Below, in pieces: positions 37,687 to 48,300 of a stretch of 52,060 nt of DNA. Each line of letters begins with the position of its first letter. The stretch's first letter is position 1. A program made the translations under genes and the position numbers. The notes below the pieces were generated by a model. It did no database searches. It was not told where the DNA came from and saw only the letters and a list, made by a program, of their open reading frames with translations. The stretch lies in the NCBI GenBank assembly GCA_040081625.1, contig JBEBGD010000031.1:1-52060 (forward strand), in the 5' to 3' direction. The DNA is from Chthoniobacteraceae bacterium. GTDB lineage: Bacteria; Verrucomicrobiota; Verrucomicrobiia; Chthoniobacterales; Chthoniobacteraceae.

Positions 37687-38430
37687 TCAGCGCGCGTCGT
37701 CGACGAGCGTGCAGCGGGAGCCGGCACGGTGTTCGCCATCGGCGTTCTCGATCACGAACTTCACGCGCACGGTGCCGCTCGCGGCATCGGTGACCGGGCT
37801 TACAAACTCGACGGTCGCTGCGAGTTTCCCCGGCGTGTCGAGCAGATCGAGGGTGGCGCTGGCGCCGGCCTTGAGCTTGCTGGCGCGTGCGGGCGGGAGG
37901 AAGAAGTTCACCACGAGTTTGTCGATTTGCACGACGGTGAGGACTTGCGGCTGCGTGGGCGAGACGGCTTCGCTCGGGTCGCGCTTGATCTCGGTGACGA
38001 TGCCATCGACGGGGCTGCGCATCGTGCGATTCTCGATCTGCGCGGAGATGCGGCGGACTTGCGCGTTCTTGATGGCCTGTTCGGTGCGCGCGCGCTCGAC
38101 TTCCTCGGGCGTGGATTTGCCCGTGCGGGAAAGCTCGGTGATGCGCTCGTTGCGCGTGGCGGCGAGCGACGCCTCGGCCTGTGCGATTTCCAGTTCGGCG
38201 GCGAAGACCTCGTTGTTGAGCTTCGCGAGGACCTGGCCGGCTTTGACGATGTCGCCTTCCTTCACCGGAAGCTCCGCGATGACGCCGGTCTCGGCGGCGG
38301 AGACGGTGATGATGCGGTAGGGTTCGGTGTAGCCGATGACGGGCGGTTCGACGGCGAAGCCCGATGTGCATGAGAGGAAAAAGCACGCGGCGATCCGACG
38401 GAGTGAGTTGGAAAGATGGAGGTTGTTCAA
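37687..38430 (-). CDS. Small secreted HlyD/RND-type periplasmic adaptor
   Basis: VSAAETGVIAELPVKEGDIVKAGQVLAKL, RSPVDGIV, FVSPVTDAASGTVRVK; TTG start overlapping the secA-like stop. Confidence 0.88.
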   Translation of the reverse strand: MNNLHLSNSLRRIAACFFLSCTSGFAVEPPVIGYTEPYRIITVSAAETGVIAELPVKEGDIVKAGQVLAKLNNEVFAAELEIAQAEASLAATRNERITELSRTGKSTPEEVERARTEQAIKNAQVRRISAQIENRTMRSPVDGIVTEIKRDPSEAVSPTQPQVLTVVQIDKLVVNFFLPPARASKLKAGASATLDLLDTPGKLAATVEFVSPVTDAASGTVRVKFVIENADGEHRAGSRCTLVDDAR

Positions 38431-40259
38431 AGTGCGCCCTTCAGTTCATTGAGCCATTCGTCGAATTGTTTGAGTCGGCGGCGGGCTTCGCGGTCGGTGC
38501 GTTCGACCCTGCGCTGCACGCGGAGAAAATGCGAGGCGAGAGTGCCGGGGAGTTCGTCGGCCGCGTGTTGCGCGAGGCCTTTTGCGAAGTCGGGAGCGTG
38601 CGCGGCGATGAGGTCGTCGTCGAGGCTCACGAAGAACTGCGCGCTGCCGGGTTCGCCCTGCCGGGCACAGCGGCCGATGAGCTGGCGGTCGATGCGGGCG
38701 CTGTCGTGGCGTTCCAGCCCAATGACGTGGAGCCCGCCGGCGCGCTGGCTTTCCGCGGGCACCGGGATGTGCGCGCCGCGGCCGGCCATGTTCGTGGCGA
38801 TGGTGACGGTGCCGGGCCGGCCCGCGCCGGCGATGATCGCGGCTTCGTCGGCGTCCTGCTTTCCATTCAAGAGGACGAAAGGGACGGTGAGGACCGCGGC
38901 GATGGCTTCGCTGTTTTCGATCGTGCGCGAGCCGATCAGGACGGGCTGGCCTTTCGCGTATCGGGCGGCGACGTCGCTCGCGACGGCGGCGAGCTTGGCG
39001 GCGCGGGTGCGGAAGACGCGGTCGGGGTGGAGCGCGCGGATGCACGGGCGGTTCGGCGGGACGATGACGGTCTCGAGGCCGTAGCTCGCGCGGATTTCCG
39101 TCGCGGCTTCCTTCGCGGTGCCGGTCATGCCGCAGACCTTCGCGTAGAGGCGGAAGTAGGCGGGGCGGGTGATGGTGGCTTCGCTTGCGCTTTCCTCGGT
39201 GATGGCCGCGCCGGCCTGGGCTTCGACGGCCTGGTGGAGTCCGCCGCGCCAGGTGCGGTCGGGGCAGAGGCGACCGGTGAATTCATCGACGATGACGACT
39301 TCGTCGTCGCGCACGATGTAATGCACGTCGAGGCGCAGGCCGTGGAGGGCGTGCAGGGCGTTTTCGACGTAGTCGGTCCACAGGCGTCGAAGTTGCGCGA
39401 GGATTTCGCCGGCGAGGAGTTCGTGCGCGCGGTGATGGCCCTCGGTGGTGAGCCGGCAGCGCTGCTCGCGGGTGAAGTGTGTGCCGGGCTCGAGCTGCGC
39501 GGCGATGTCGGCGGCGTGGTGATAGACATCCGGGGTGGCATTGGGCTGCTTCGCGCCGGTGGAGATGATGAGCGGGCTGCGGGCCTCGTCGATGAGGACG
39601 CTGTCGGCTTCATCGACGACGGCGAAGGCGTGGCCGCGCTGGATGAAGCGCGGTCGCGCGGGCTCGCGGCGCAGGAGTATCTCGTGGAAGCGCGGCTCCG
39701 TGCGTCCGGCGGCGCGAAGGGCGAGCTGGTCGCGGAGGTAGTCGAAGCCGAACTCGGTGCCGACGCCGTAGGTCACGTCGGCGGCGTAGGCGCGGTGCTT
39801 GTGGGCGGGCTGGTCGCGGTCGCGGAGGAGGCCGACGGTGAGGCCGAGCCGGTCGAAGCACGGGCGGGCGAAGGCAGCGTCGCGCTCGGCGAGGTAGGCA
39901 TTGACGGTGGCGACGTGCGCGCCTTTGCCGGAGAGGGCAAAGACGAAGGCGGGTAGGAGCGCGACGAGGGTCTTGCCTTCGCCGGTGGCCATCTCGCTGA
40001 GGCGGCCTTCGGCGAGGTGCAGGCCGGCGAGGAGCTGGCAGGGATAGGCTTCGAGTGCGTGGGTGCGGCGGATCGCATCGGCGATCAGCGAGAGCGCGCG
40101 CAAGTGGAAATCCGGCGCCGGTTTATGCGCTTCGGCACGCAGCGCAGTGGCGATCTCAGCGAGTCGGGTGTCGGATTCCGCGCGATAGAGCGCGAGATAC
40201 CGGTTGAGGGCCGGCAGCAGCTTGGCTGTCCGCGGTTGCGGCAGCCAGGAGTTCATCAC
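38427..40259 (-). CDS. Accessory SecA-like DEAD ATPase, C-terminally truncated (610 aa)
   Basis: EMATGEGKT, TVNAYLAERD, FGFDYLRD, VDEADSVLIDEARSPLII, IVDEFTGR, GLHQAVEA, GMTGTA, GQPVLIG, IATNMAGRG, RIDRQLIGRCARQGEPG, SLDDDL. Confidence 0.9.
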   Translation of the reverse strand: MMNSWLPQPRTAKLLPALNRYLALYRAESDTRLAEIATALRAEAHKPAPDFHLRALSLIADAIRRTHALEAYPCQLLAGLHLAEGRLSEMATGEGKTLVALLPAFVFALSGKGAHVATVNAYLAERDAAFARPCFDRLGLTVGLLRDRDQPAHKHRAYAADVTYGVGTEFGFDYLRDQLALRAAGRTEPRFHEILLRREPARPRFIQRGHAFAVVDEADSVLIDEARSPLIISTGAKQPNATPDVYHHAADIAAQLEPGTHFTREQRCRLTTEGHHRAHELLAGEILAQLRRLWTDYVENALHALHGLRLDVHYIVRDDEVVIVDEFTGRLCPDRTWRGGLHQAVEAQAGAAITEESASEATITRPAYFRLYAKVCGMTGTAKEAATEIRASYGLETVIVPPNRPCIRALHPDRVFRTRAAKLAAVASDVAARYAKGQPVLIGSRTIENSEAIAAVLTVPFVLLNGKQDADEAAIIAGAGRPGTVTIATNMAGRGAHIPVPAESQRAGGLHVIGLERHDSARIDRQLIGRCARQGEPGSAQFFVSLDDDLIAAHAPDFAKGLAQHAADELPGTLASHFLRVQRRVERTDREARRRLKQFDEWLNELKGAL

Positions 40260-42058
40260 TTCGCCGGGACGGGAGCCTTGGCTTCCTTTCCGCCGCGGGC
40301 GCCTTTCTCGAGGTAGAGGAGCGGCACGCCGCGCTCGTCCACGTCGCGGACAACGTTGACGCTTTCGTAGGCGAGCAGGCGGCCCTTCGCGCGCTGCATA
40401 TTGACGAGGGCGACTTGATAGTTAGCGGCGGCGCGGATGAAGTCCTCCTCGGCGAGCGTGCGGCGGTCCTGGCTGTCGAGCACCGTGTCGAGGTAGGCGC
40501 CCATCTGCATGCTGTCGTCGAGGGTGAGCATGGAGCGGCGGGCCTCGATGGTGGAGACGTCGGCGGTGTAGGCTTCGACGGCGGCATACTTGGCCTGCAT
40601 CTCACGCCAGGCGGTGCCGACTTCGCGGGCGCTGATCTTCACCTCGAGCATGACGGTGTCTATGGTGGTCTTGAGCTGGTTGATCTGCTGGCGCATCTCG
40701 ATGCGGCGGCGCTCGTAGCGGGCCTTGGCGGCGTGGTTTTCGAGCGGGAAGGAAAGGACGAGGCCCGCGCCGTAGCCGGGGCCGCCGGTGTTCCACTCGC
40801 GGCCGTAGGCGCCGCCGTAGTCGTTGTCGAGGCCGCCGAGGGTGCCGTTGAGCACGAGGTTGAGCTCGGGCATGAGTTCGTTCTTGCTCATCTTTTCGCG
40901 GATGCTGGCGGCGCGAAGCTGGAGGAAGGCCTGCTGGATTTCCGGGCGATTCTCCATGGCGACGCGGGCGGCGGACTGGGCGTCGGCGCCGTTGTTAGTG
41001 AGGACGAGGCGGTCACCGGGGACGATTTCGACGTGGGCATCGCCGGTGAGGCGGGGATCGCTGGTGAGAGCCTTGAGGCGGTCCTGCGCGTTGCGGACGG
41101 CGGCCTCGCTGCGGATGAGCGCCGCGCGGCGGTCGGCGAGGGCGCTCTCGGCGCGGAAGAGCTGGGATTTCTGCGCATCGACTTTCTGCCGGGCCTTGAG
41201 TTCATCAGTGATGCGGGCTGTTTCGTCGATGAGCTTGGCCTTCTGCAGATAGGTGACGCGGGCGGCGTAGAGTGCCCAGTAGGTGCGGGCGATCTCGAGC
41301 AGGTGGCTCTCGCTCTGGCGGACGAATTCGTGCATCGCGACCTCGGAATCGAGGCGTGCGATTTGCATGATCGAGCGGTTGTAAGCCATGCCGGCGCCGC
41401 GGAGGAGCGGCTGGATGACTTGCAGTGATAGCGTAGCGCGGGACTGGGGGTTCGGGGTGAAGTAGATCGAGTTGTTGTCGATGCGGCTGAACTCCTGGCT
41501 GACTCGCACTTCGGCGCCGGTGTTGATCTTCTTTCGGATGCCGGTCTCGACGGCCCACTCGTCCTGCTTGAATCGGCTGGAGCCGCCGGTGGTCAGCGTG
41601 TTGCCGACGGGTTCATTGCGGCGGTCGAACCGGCCTTCGAGGAAGGCGGTGGTATCAAACGCGCCCGCGGCCTCGGTGATGCCGGTCTCGCGGATGAGCG
41701 GGAGGTCGCTGAAGACCTTGATCTGCGTGGAGTAGTTGATGGCTCGGACGAAGAGGTTCTCGAGGTTCACGCCTTCGGAGCGGTCGCCTTCGCCGAGGGT
41801 GTTGCGCTGGCCGCGGATCCACCAAGGGGCGAAGTCGCCGGGGATCGTGCCCGGAGTTTTCTTGCCGAAGGTGCGACTGCTGCCGCTGAGGTGGCTGAGT
41901 TCGCCTTGCGCGCTGGCGCGCGCTGAGTCTTCGTCCGAGATGGGCGCGATGGGCTCGACGCGGGGCAGATGCCGGCCCTCGTCCGCGGGTTGGTCGGCCG
42001 CGAAGGCGAGTGGCGCGAGCGCGAAAAGGGCTGTCGTTACAAGGCAACGGATGATCAT
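40256..42058 (-). CDS. TolC family outer membrane channel
   Basis: Signal ending AFA; two OEP-like repeats (QPLLRGAG...IARTYWAL; AMENRPEI...LMPELNL...LSFPLEN...A). Confidence 0.87.
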   Translation of the reverse strand: MIIRCLVTTALFALAPLAFAADQPADEGRHLPRVEPIAPISDEDSARASAQGELSHLSGSSRTFGKKTPGTIPGDFAPWWIRGQRNTLGEGDRSEGVNLENLFVRAINYSTQIKVFSDLPLIRETGITEAAGAFDTTAFLEGRFDRRNEPVGNTLTTGGSSRFKQDEWAVETGIRKKINTGAEVRVSQEFSRIDNNSIYFTPNPQSRATLSLQVIQPLLRGAGMAYNRSIMQIARLDSEVAMHEFVRQSESHLLEIARTYWALYAARVTYLQKAKLIDETARITDELKARQKVDAQKSQLFRAESALADRRAALIRSEAAVRNAQDRLKALTSDPRLTGDAHVEIVPGDRLVLTNNGADAQSAARVAMENRPEIQQAFLQLRAASIREKMSKNELMPELNLVLNGTLGGLDNDYGGAYGREWNTGGPGYGAGLVLSFPLENHAAKARYERRRIEMRQQINQLKTTIDTVMLEVKISAREVGTAWREMQAKYAAVEAYTADVSTIEARRSMLTLDDSMQMGAYLDTVLDSQDRRTLAEEDFIRAAANYQVALVNMQRAKGRLLAYESVNVVRDVDERGVPLLYLEKGARGGKEAKAPVPAK

Positions 42059-42204
42059 GGGATTGGTTGGTTTATGGGACTCTGGGGAGCGGCGACGGAT
42101 CGCGCGCTGCTAATTCCATGCCTGCACTTCCCTAAACTTGGCAAGCGCGATTTTCACTCAGGGCGAAAATAATTTTTACGGAAAGGAAAGATTCAGATTG
42201 CCAG

Positions 42205-42228
42205 CGTTTCAATTTCCGGCTTGAAACG
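42205..42228. promoter_or_regulatory. Candidate operator palindrome in the divergent tolC/adhesin intergenic region
   Basis: CGTTTCAA-N8-TTGAAACG perfect 8-bp inverted repeat in an AT-rich spacer. Confidence 0.4.
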
Positions 42229-42358
42229 GCGTCGTCGCCCGGCGGCGCTGCGAGTGGGTATTTTCCTACAGGGAAAGGCCTGATAATCGCTTGTCGCCAG
42301 AGGTCGATTCTTTCCGCCAGTCACCCGAGTCCTCTAAATCGTCCGCAACCGCACATCC

Positions 42359-45300
42359 ATGTCACGTCGAAAACTCCTGCTCGAAACGATCGAAGACCGC
42401 ATCCTCTGCGATGCGGCGCCTCAAGTGGATCCCGCTGCACTCAAAGCCGCCGAGGCCGCAGGGGCGGTTCAAGTCGCTGCCGATGCGGTGGCAGCTCTTG
42501 AAGCGGCGCCAGCCGCCAGCACCGATGCCGCGGCGCCGCTGCCTGAGGGCGCGACGGCTTCGGCGCAACTCACCGACGAGCAGCGTGCCGCGATCGAGAA
42601 TGTGGTGCGGGATTCGACGAACAAGATCGGGTTTCAGGAGAACGTCGGCCAGTTCGCGCCGGATGTGCGCTACGGCTTCCGGACGCAGTTCGGCGGGATG
42701 CTGGTGTATGACGATCACATCAGCGTGCTGTCGAACCAGACCGACCCGGTGACGGGCGAGGTGGGCGTTCACACGGTAAATATCGACTTCACTGGCAGCA
42801 GCCCGTGGCAGATCGTGCCGGGGGGTGAGTCGGGCGTGTTCGGTAGCTATCAGCAGGCGGACGGCACGGCGCTGACGCCGCAGATCTACAAGGAGATCAC
42901 GTTGCGCAATGTGTATGACGGCGTGGACCTGCGCGTTTACTCGGCGGAGCAGGGCATCCTTGAGTTCGACTGGCTGGTGGCTCGCGCGCAGGATTACGAG
43001 AAGATCCGGCTGAACTTCACCGGGCAGGATGGGGTTGTGTTCAATGCCGACGGGTCGGCGACGCTGGATCTGCGGTTCCAGGATCTCGTGCTGAAGATTC
43101 CGGAGGTCTATCAAGTCATCGACGGGCAGAAGCACCTGCTCGGTGCGGCGATGGTGGCGGGGGAACAAGCGGGCGAGATGCGGTATTCGCTCATCGGCGA
43201 CATCGTCGCGGATCAGCCGCTGGTCATCGACCCGAGCATCGCGTGGTCCACCTACTTCGAGCTGAACAACGCAGGTTTCGACTCCTACCTCTACGGCATC
43301 GCGATCAATGCGAATGGCGTTTACGCGTTCGGATGGGCGCGCGAGACGATCACCAACGGGTCGTTCGGCAACTACATGGAGGTGAATGCGGGTTTCTCGC
43401 AGGGCACCGCCGCGAACCAGAACTACATCTACCGGCTGAACACTCTGGGGACGAACGTCACCGCGTGGACGAGCACGGGCATCCTGGAAGGGACGACCGA
43501 ACCGTCCGACATCGAGTTGTTCCCCGATGGCCGGGTGCTGGCGCTTTTTGCGAACGGGCAGATGCAGATTTATTCCGCGAATCTCGGGACGCAGCACTAT
43601 ACTGGCGAGCCCGTGGCGCTTTCGTTTGGCAACTCGCTGGCGATCGTGAGCGATACGGTCTTCTACGTCGGCGGGCTCGTGAGTGCAGCAATCCCCGCTG
43701 GGCAGCTTGCGGCGGCGAATATCGGTCCGGACACGGTCTTCGCGGGCGGGTCCGAAGGTGTGATCATCCGCTACGGGACCGCCACGGCGACCCCGACAGC
43801 GACTTGGGGGACGTATGTCGGTGGAAACAGCACGGAGAATTTCACCTCGGTCGCCCTGACCCCGAACGGAACGAAGCTCGTCTTTGCGACGCATAGCAAT
43901 GTCGGGGCTGCCTATCCCGGTTTGGTGAATGCTGTCGATGCCGTCGTGTCGGGCGCCACTGAGCTGCTCGTGGGCGTGCTCAACGAGCAGGCGACGCGGC
44001 CCGCCGCGTTCGATGTCTTCTCCTACCTCGGCGGCACGAGCGATGAAGGCACGACTGGCAATAATACCGCGGCTGCCGTCGTCACGGCGGTCAACGGCGG
44101 ATTCTGGGTCGGCGGCAACACCGCCTCGAACAATCTCCCGGGCACGGCCGGTTCCGCGCAGACTGCGAACGGCGGCGGAACGAGCGACTCGTTCGCTTCC
44201 TACATCCCGATCAACGGCAGTGCCGGCACCGGCTTCCGGAGCACCTACCTGGGCGGCGGCGGGAACGAACTGATCGGCGGCATCGCCTACGATCCGCTTC
44301 GCGACCGCCTCTTCCTTTTCGGCACCACGACGGGCTCGTTCCCGACAGTCGATACGGTCCCGACTAGCATTTACTACGACAGCACCTTCGGCGGCGGCAC
44401 GCTCGACATTTTCATCGCGACGTTCGACGGTGCCCTCCTGACCAAGCCCTACGCCACCTACATCGGCGGCGCGCAAAACGACTACCTCGGCGACACTGGC
44501 CGGCTGCTCGGCCAGGGACACGTGACCTACAGTCCGGTGACCGATCAGGTCTATCTGGCGACGACGGTCCACTCGATTCTCCCCGCGAACGTGATCGGGC
44601 CGACCATTCCCGGAAAGGACACGACGCGAACCAACCCGGAGACCGCGGGTGCCGACGCGCACGTCGTCTTCGCGTTCAATATCAGCATCTACGATTACGG
44701 CGATGCACCGGCGACCTACGAGGCCGGCAATCCGGGGGGGGAGGCTATTTCGCTGTTCATCCGCCTTGGCGCGACCGTGGACGCAGAGGCGACCGCGCAG
44801 TCCGGCGTCCTGGCTACTGGCGACGATCTCTTTAATACCGGCGCGCCCGATGACGAAGACGGCATCGCCACGCTCCCGTTGATGTTTGCCACCGACACGT
44901 CCTACTCGGTCACGGTGTCGGCCCTGAACAACACCGGCTCGGCGAAGACGCTCCAGGGCTGGATCGACTTCAACCTCGACGGCGTCTTCGCGGCGAACGA
45001 ACGCGCCACCGTCTCGGTGCCGGCGAACGTGGCGCAGCAGAGCGTCGTGCTCACGTGGGCGACGCTGCCGGGCATCGTTGCCGGCCAGAGCTACGTGCGC
45101 CTGCGCTTCTCGGAGACCGTGCTCACCGACAATGGCGCGACCACCATCGACGAACGTTCGATCGGCGCGAACACCTTCGCCGCCGGTCATGGCGAGGTGG
45201 AAGACTACGCGCTCACCATCAATGCCGTCTCCAGCCTCAGCGGGTTTGTCTATTCGGAGTTGAATGCAAACACGACGAAGGACGCATTCGAGGGCGGCAT

Positions 45301-48300
45301 CCCGGGCGTGACCGTCACGCTCACCGGCACGGACATCCGCGGCAACGCCGTCAACCAGTCCACGACGACGAACGCGGCCGGCCAATACACGTTCAGCAAT
45401 CTCATCGCGAGCAACGGCACCGGCTACACGCTCACCGAGACGCAGCCGGCCGGATACAACGACGGCCCCGACACCATCGGCACGCCGGGCGGCGTCACCG
45501 GCGCGGACGCTTTCTCGCTCATCGTCCTGAATCCAGGAGTGAACGGCGCGAACAACAACTTCGGCGAGTCGCCCGTTTTCGGCCTCACGAAATCGCTGCA
45601 AACCACGAGCGTCGCCGGCACCACCGGCTCGAACCTCGCGATCGGCGAGACCGCCACCTTCCGCCTCGTGGCCACGATCCCTGCGGGCTCGTTCACGAAC
45701 TTCCAGCTTCAGGACGCGCTGCCGAATGGCTTCCAGTATGTGAACGGTTCGGCCGTCGTCGCACTCGTGTCGAGCGCGGGCCAGCTTACGTCGAGCACCC
45801 TCGCAGGCGCCGGCCTCGCGCAGACGAGCGTCGGCACGCCGACCTTCGTCATGCCGGATGCCGCGGTGTCGAACAACTCGACGACCAACGTCGATACCTA
45901 CACGAGCGGTGCCGACGTCTTCTTCAAGCTCGGCAACCTCACGAACGCCGAGACAACGGCGGTTGTCGAGTCGGTCGTGATCGAGTTCCAGGCCGTCGTC
46001 GTGAACGAACTCGCGAACCAGGCGGGCGGCACGCTCGCGAACACGTTCAGCGTCATCTTCGACAAGGACGGCGCCGGCGCGCCCGACCCGCATGGCGGCA
46101 GCTCGAACACCGTCACGAGCACCCTCGTCGAGCCCGTGCTTGGCGTGACCAAGGCGCTCGTCGTTTCCGGCACGGACGCGGGCGACGCGGTGCAATACAC
46201 GATCACGATCACCAACGCGGGCGGCAACAACGCGACGGCTTACGACATCAACGTGCTCGACCTGCTCGACACCGACATCCTGCTCAACGACGTGACGCTC
46301 GGCAGCGGCATCGTGGTCGCCGGAGCGACGGTCACGTCGAATACTTCCACCACGAGCAATCTCAACCTCGTCCTCGACGCGCTCGCCGCGGGATCGAGCC
46401 TGACCATCACGCTCAACGCCCAGGTCGCTGCGACGGCGCCCGCGGGTTCGACCGTCACGAACAGCACGAACATCACGTGGACCAGCACGCCTGGCGCGAA
46501 CGCCAACGAGCGCAACGGCGGCGGCGGCGTTAATGATTACGCGAACAGCGCGGCGTCGGCGACCTTCGTCCTCGCGCGTCCGACCGTGGACAAGCTCACA
46601 CCTTCCGACACGACCTACTCGATCGGCGAGACGGTCACTTACGACGTCCTCGTCACCATCCCCGAGGGCGTCACGACGGGCCTCGCGATCACCGACAATC
46701 TGCCCGCGGGATTGACCTTTGTGAGCGTCGCCGTGCAGACCGCCGCGGGCGGCGTGCTGGCGAATGCCTTTGCCGGCACCGTGCCGGCGCCGGTCACGAG
46801 CAACGTCGGCAACAGCTACACCTTCACCTTCGGCAATACGACCGCGACCGGCGACAACGACGGCACGAACAACAGCTTCCTCGTCCGCGTGACCGGGCGC
46901 ATCGGCAACGTCGCGGGCAACCAGGACGCCGTCACACTCACGAACACCGCGACGCTCGCCTACGCGGATGGGACGCTCGGCGCGACAACGGTCAACGACC
47001 CGACGCCGAATGTGAGCATCACCGTCGTCGAGCCCGTGCTCACGCTCGACAAGGCGACGATCGGCACGACGACCGGGCTCGATGCGGGCGACACGGTGCA
47101 ATACAGCATCACGATCACCAACACCGGGACCGCGACCGCGCACGAGACGCTCCTGAGCGACGCGCTGCCGGCGGGCCTGCTGGTCACCACGATCGACAGC
47201 ACCACGCCCGCAGGCGGCGCGAGCGTCGATACCGCGACCGGCGGCACCGGCACCGCGACGCTCACCGGCGAATACACGATCCCGGTCGGCGGCAGCATCA
47301 CGATCGTTTACACCGCGACGCTGCAAAGCTCCGTCACGCCGAACACGGACTTCATCAACACGGCGACGGTCACTTACACGAGCGTGGACGGCACCGCGCT
47401 CGGCCAGGGGACTCCTACCGGTGAGCGCAACGGCTCGGGCGGGATCAACGATTACGTGCTCATCGACACGGCGCAGGTCTCGACCGGCGGCGTGCTCACG
47501 GTTGCGAAGGGCGTGAACAACTCGACGCCGAGCATCGGCGACGTGCTCACCTACACCGTTACGCTCACTCTCAACGAAGGCACGACCAACGGCATCGTCG
47601 TCACCGACACGCTGCCCGTGAACGGCGATCTGCAATTCGTCCCCGGCAGCGGCGCGATCAGCTTCGGCACGGCAGGCAGCAGCATCAGCGGCAGCACGGT
47701 GCCGGCGATCAGCGGCGCGAACAGCAACGTGCTCACCTTCACGCTCGGCACCGCCGTCGTTCCTGCCGGCGCGGGCGCGAATACGGTCGTGCTCACGTAT
47801 CAGGTCGTCGTCGCGAACGTGACGACCAACCAGGCCGGCGATATGGAGGCGAACAGCGCCAGCGTCGTCGCGACGAATCTGCCGCCGCCGCCGCCAGGGA
47901 CGACGACGGTCACGCTGCGCGAACCGAACGTCACCTTCACCAAGAACGCGGACGTGACGAGCAACGTCGATGCGGGCGACGTGATCACTTACACCGTCGT
48001 GCTCACGAATCCCGGCGGCGCGAACGCCTCGACGGCGTTTGATTCGCTGCTCGTCGATACGATGCCTGCGAACCTGCTCGTCACCGGCATCTCGAGCACG
48101 GTGCTCGCGGGCGGCGCGACGACTGACAGCGCGGCGGCGATCACCGGCGGTGGCGCGGGCCTCACGGGGCAATACGACATCCCGGTCGGCGCGACGGTCA
48201 CGATCGTTTACACGGCGACGGTGCAGACGAGCTTCCCGACGAATGGCTCGCTCACGAACGCGGCGGTGCTCACGTGGACTTCGGTGAACGGCGGCAATTC

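Noticed and set aside
42150..42300. c-di-GMP riboswitch or sigma-54 promoter upstream of the adhesin or tolC
   Set aside because: Only short chance matches (cagggcgaaa, ttggca); stems and GG-N10-GC spacing are absent
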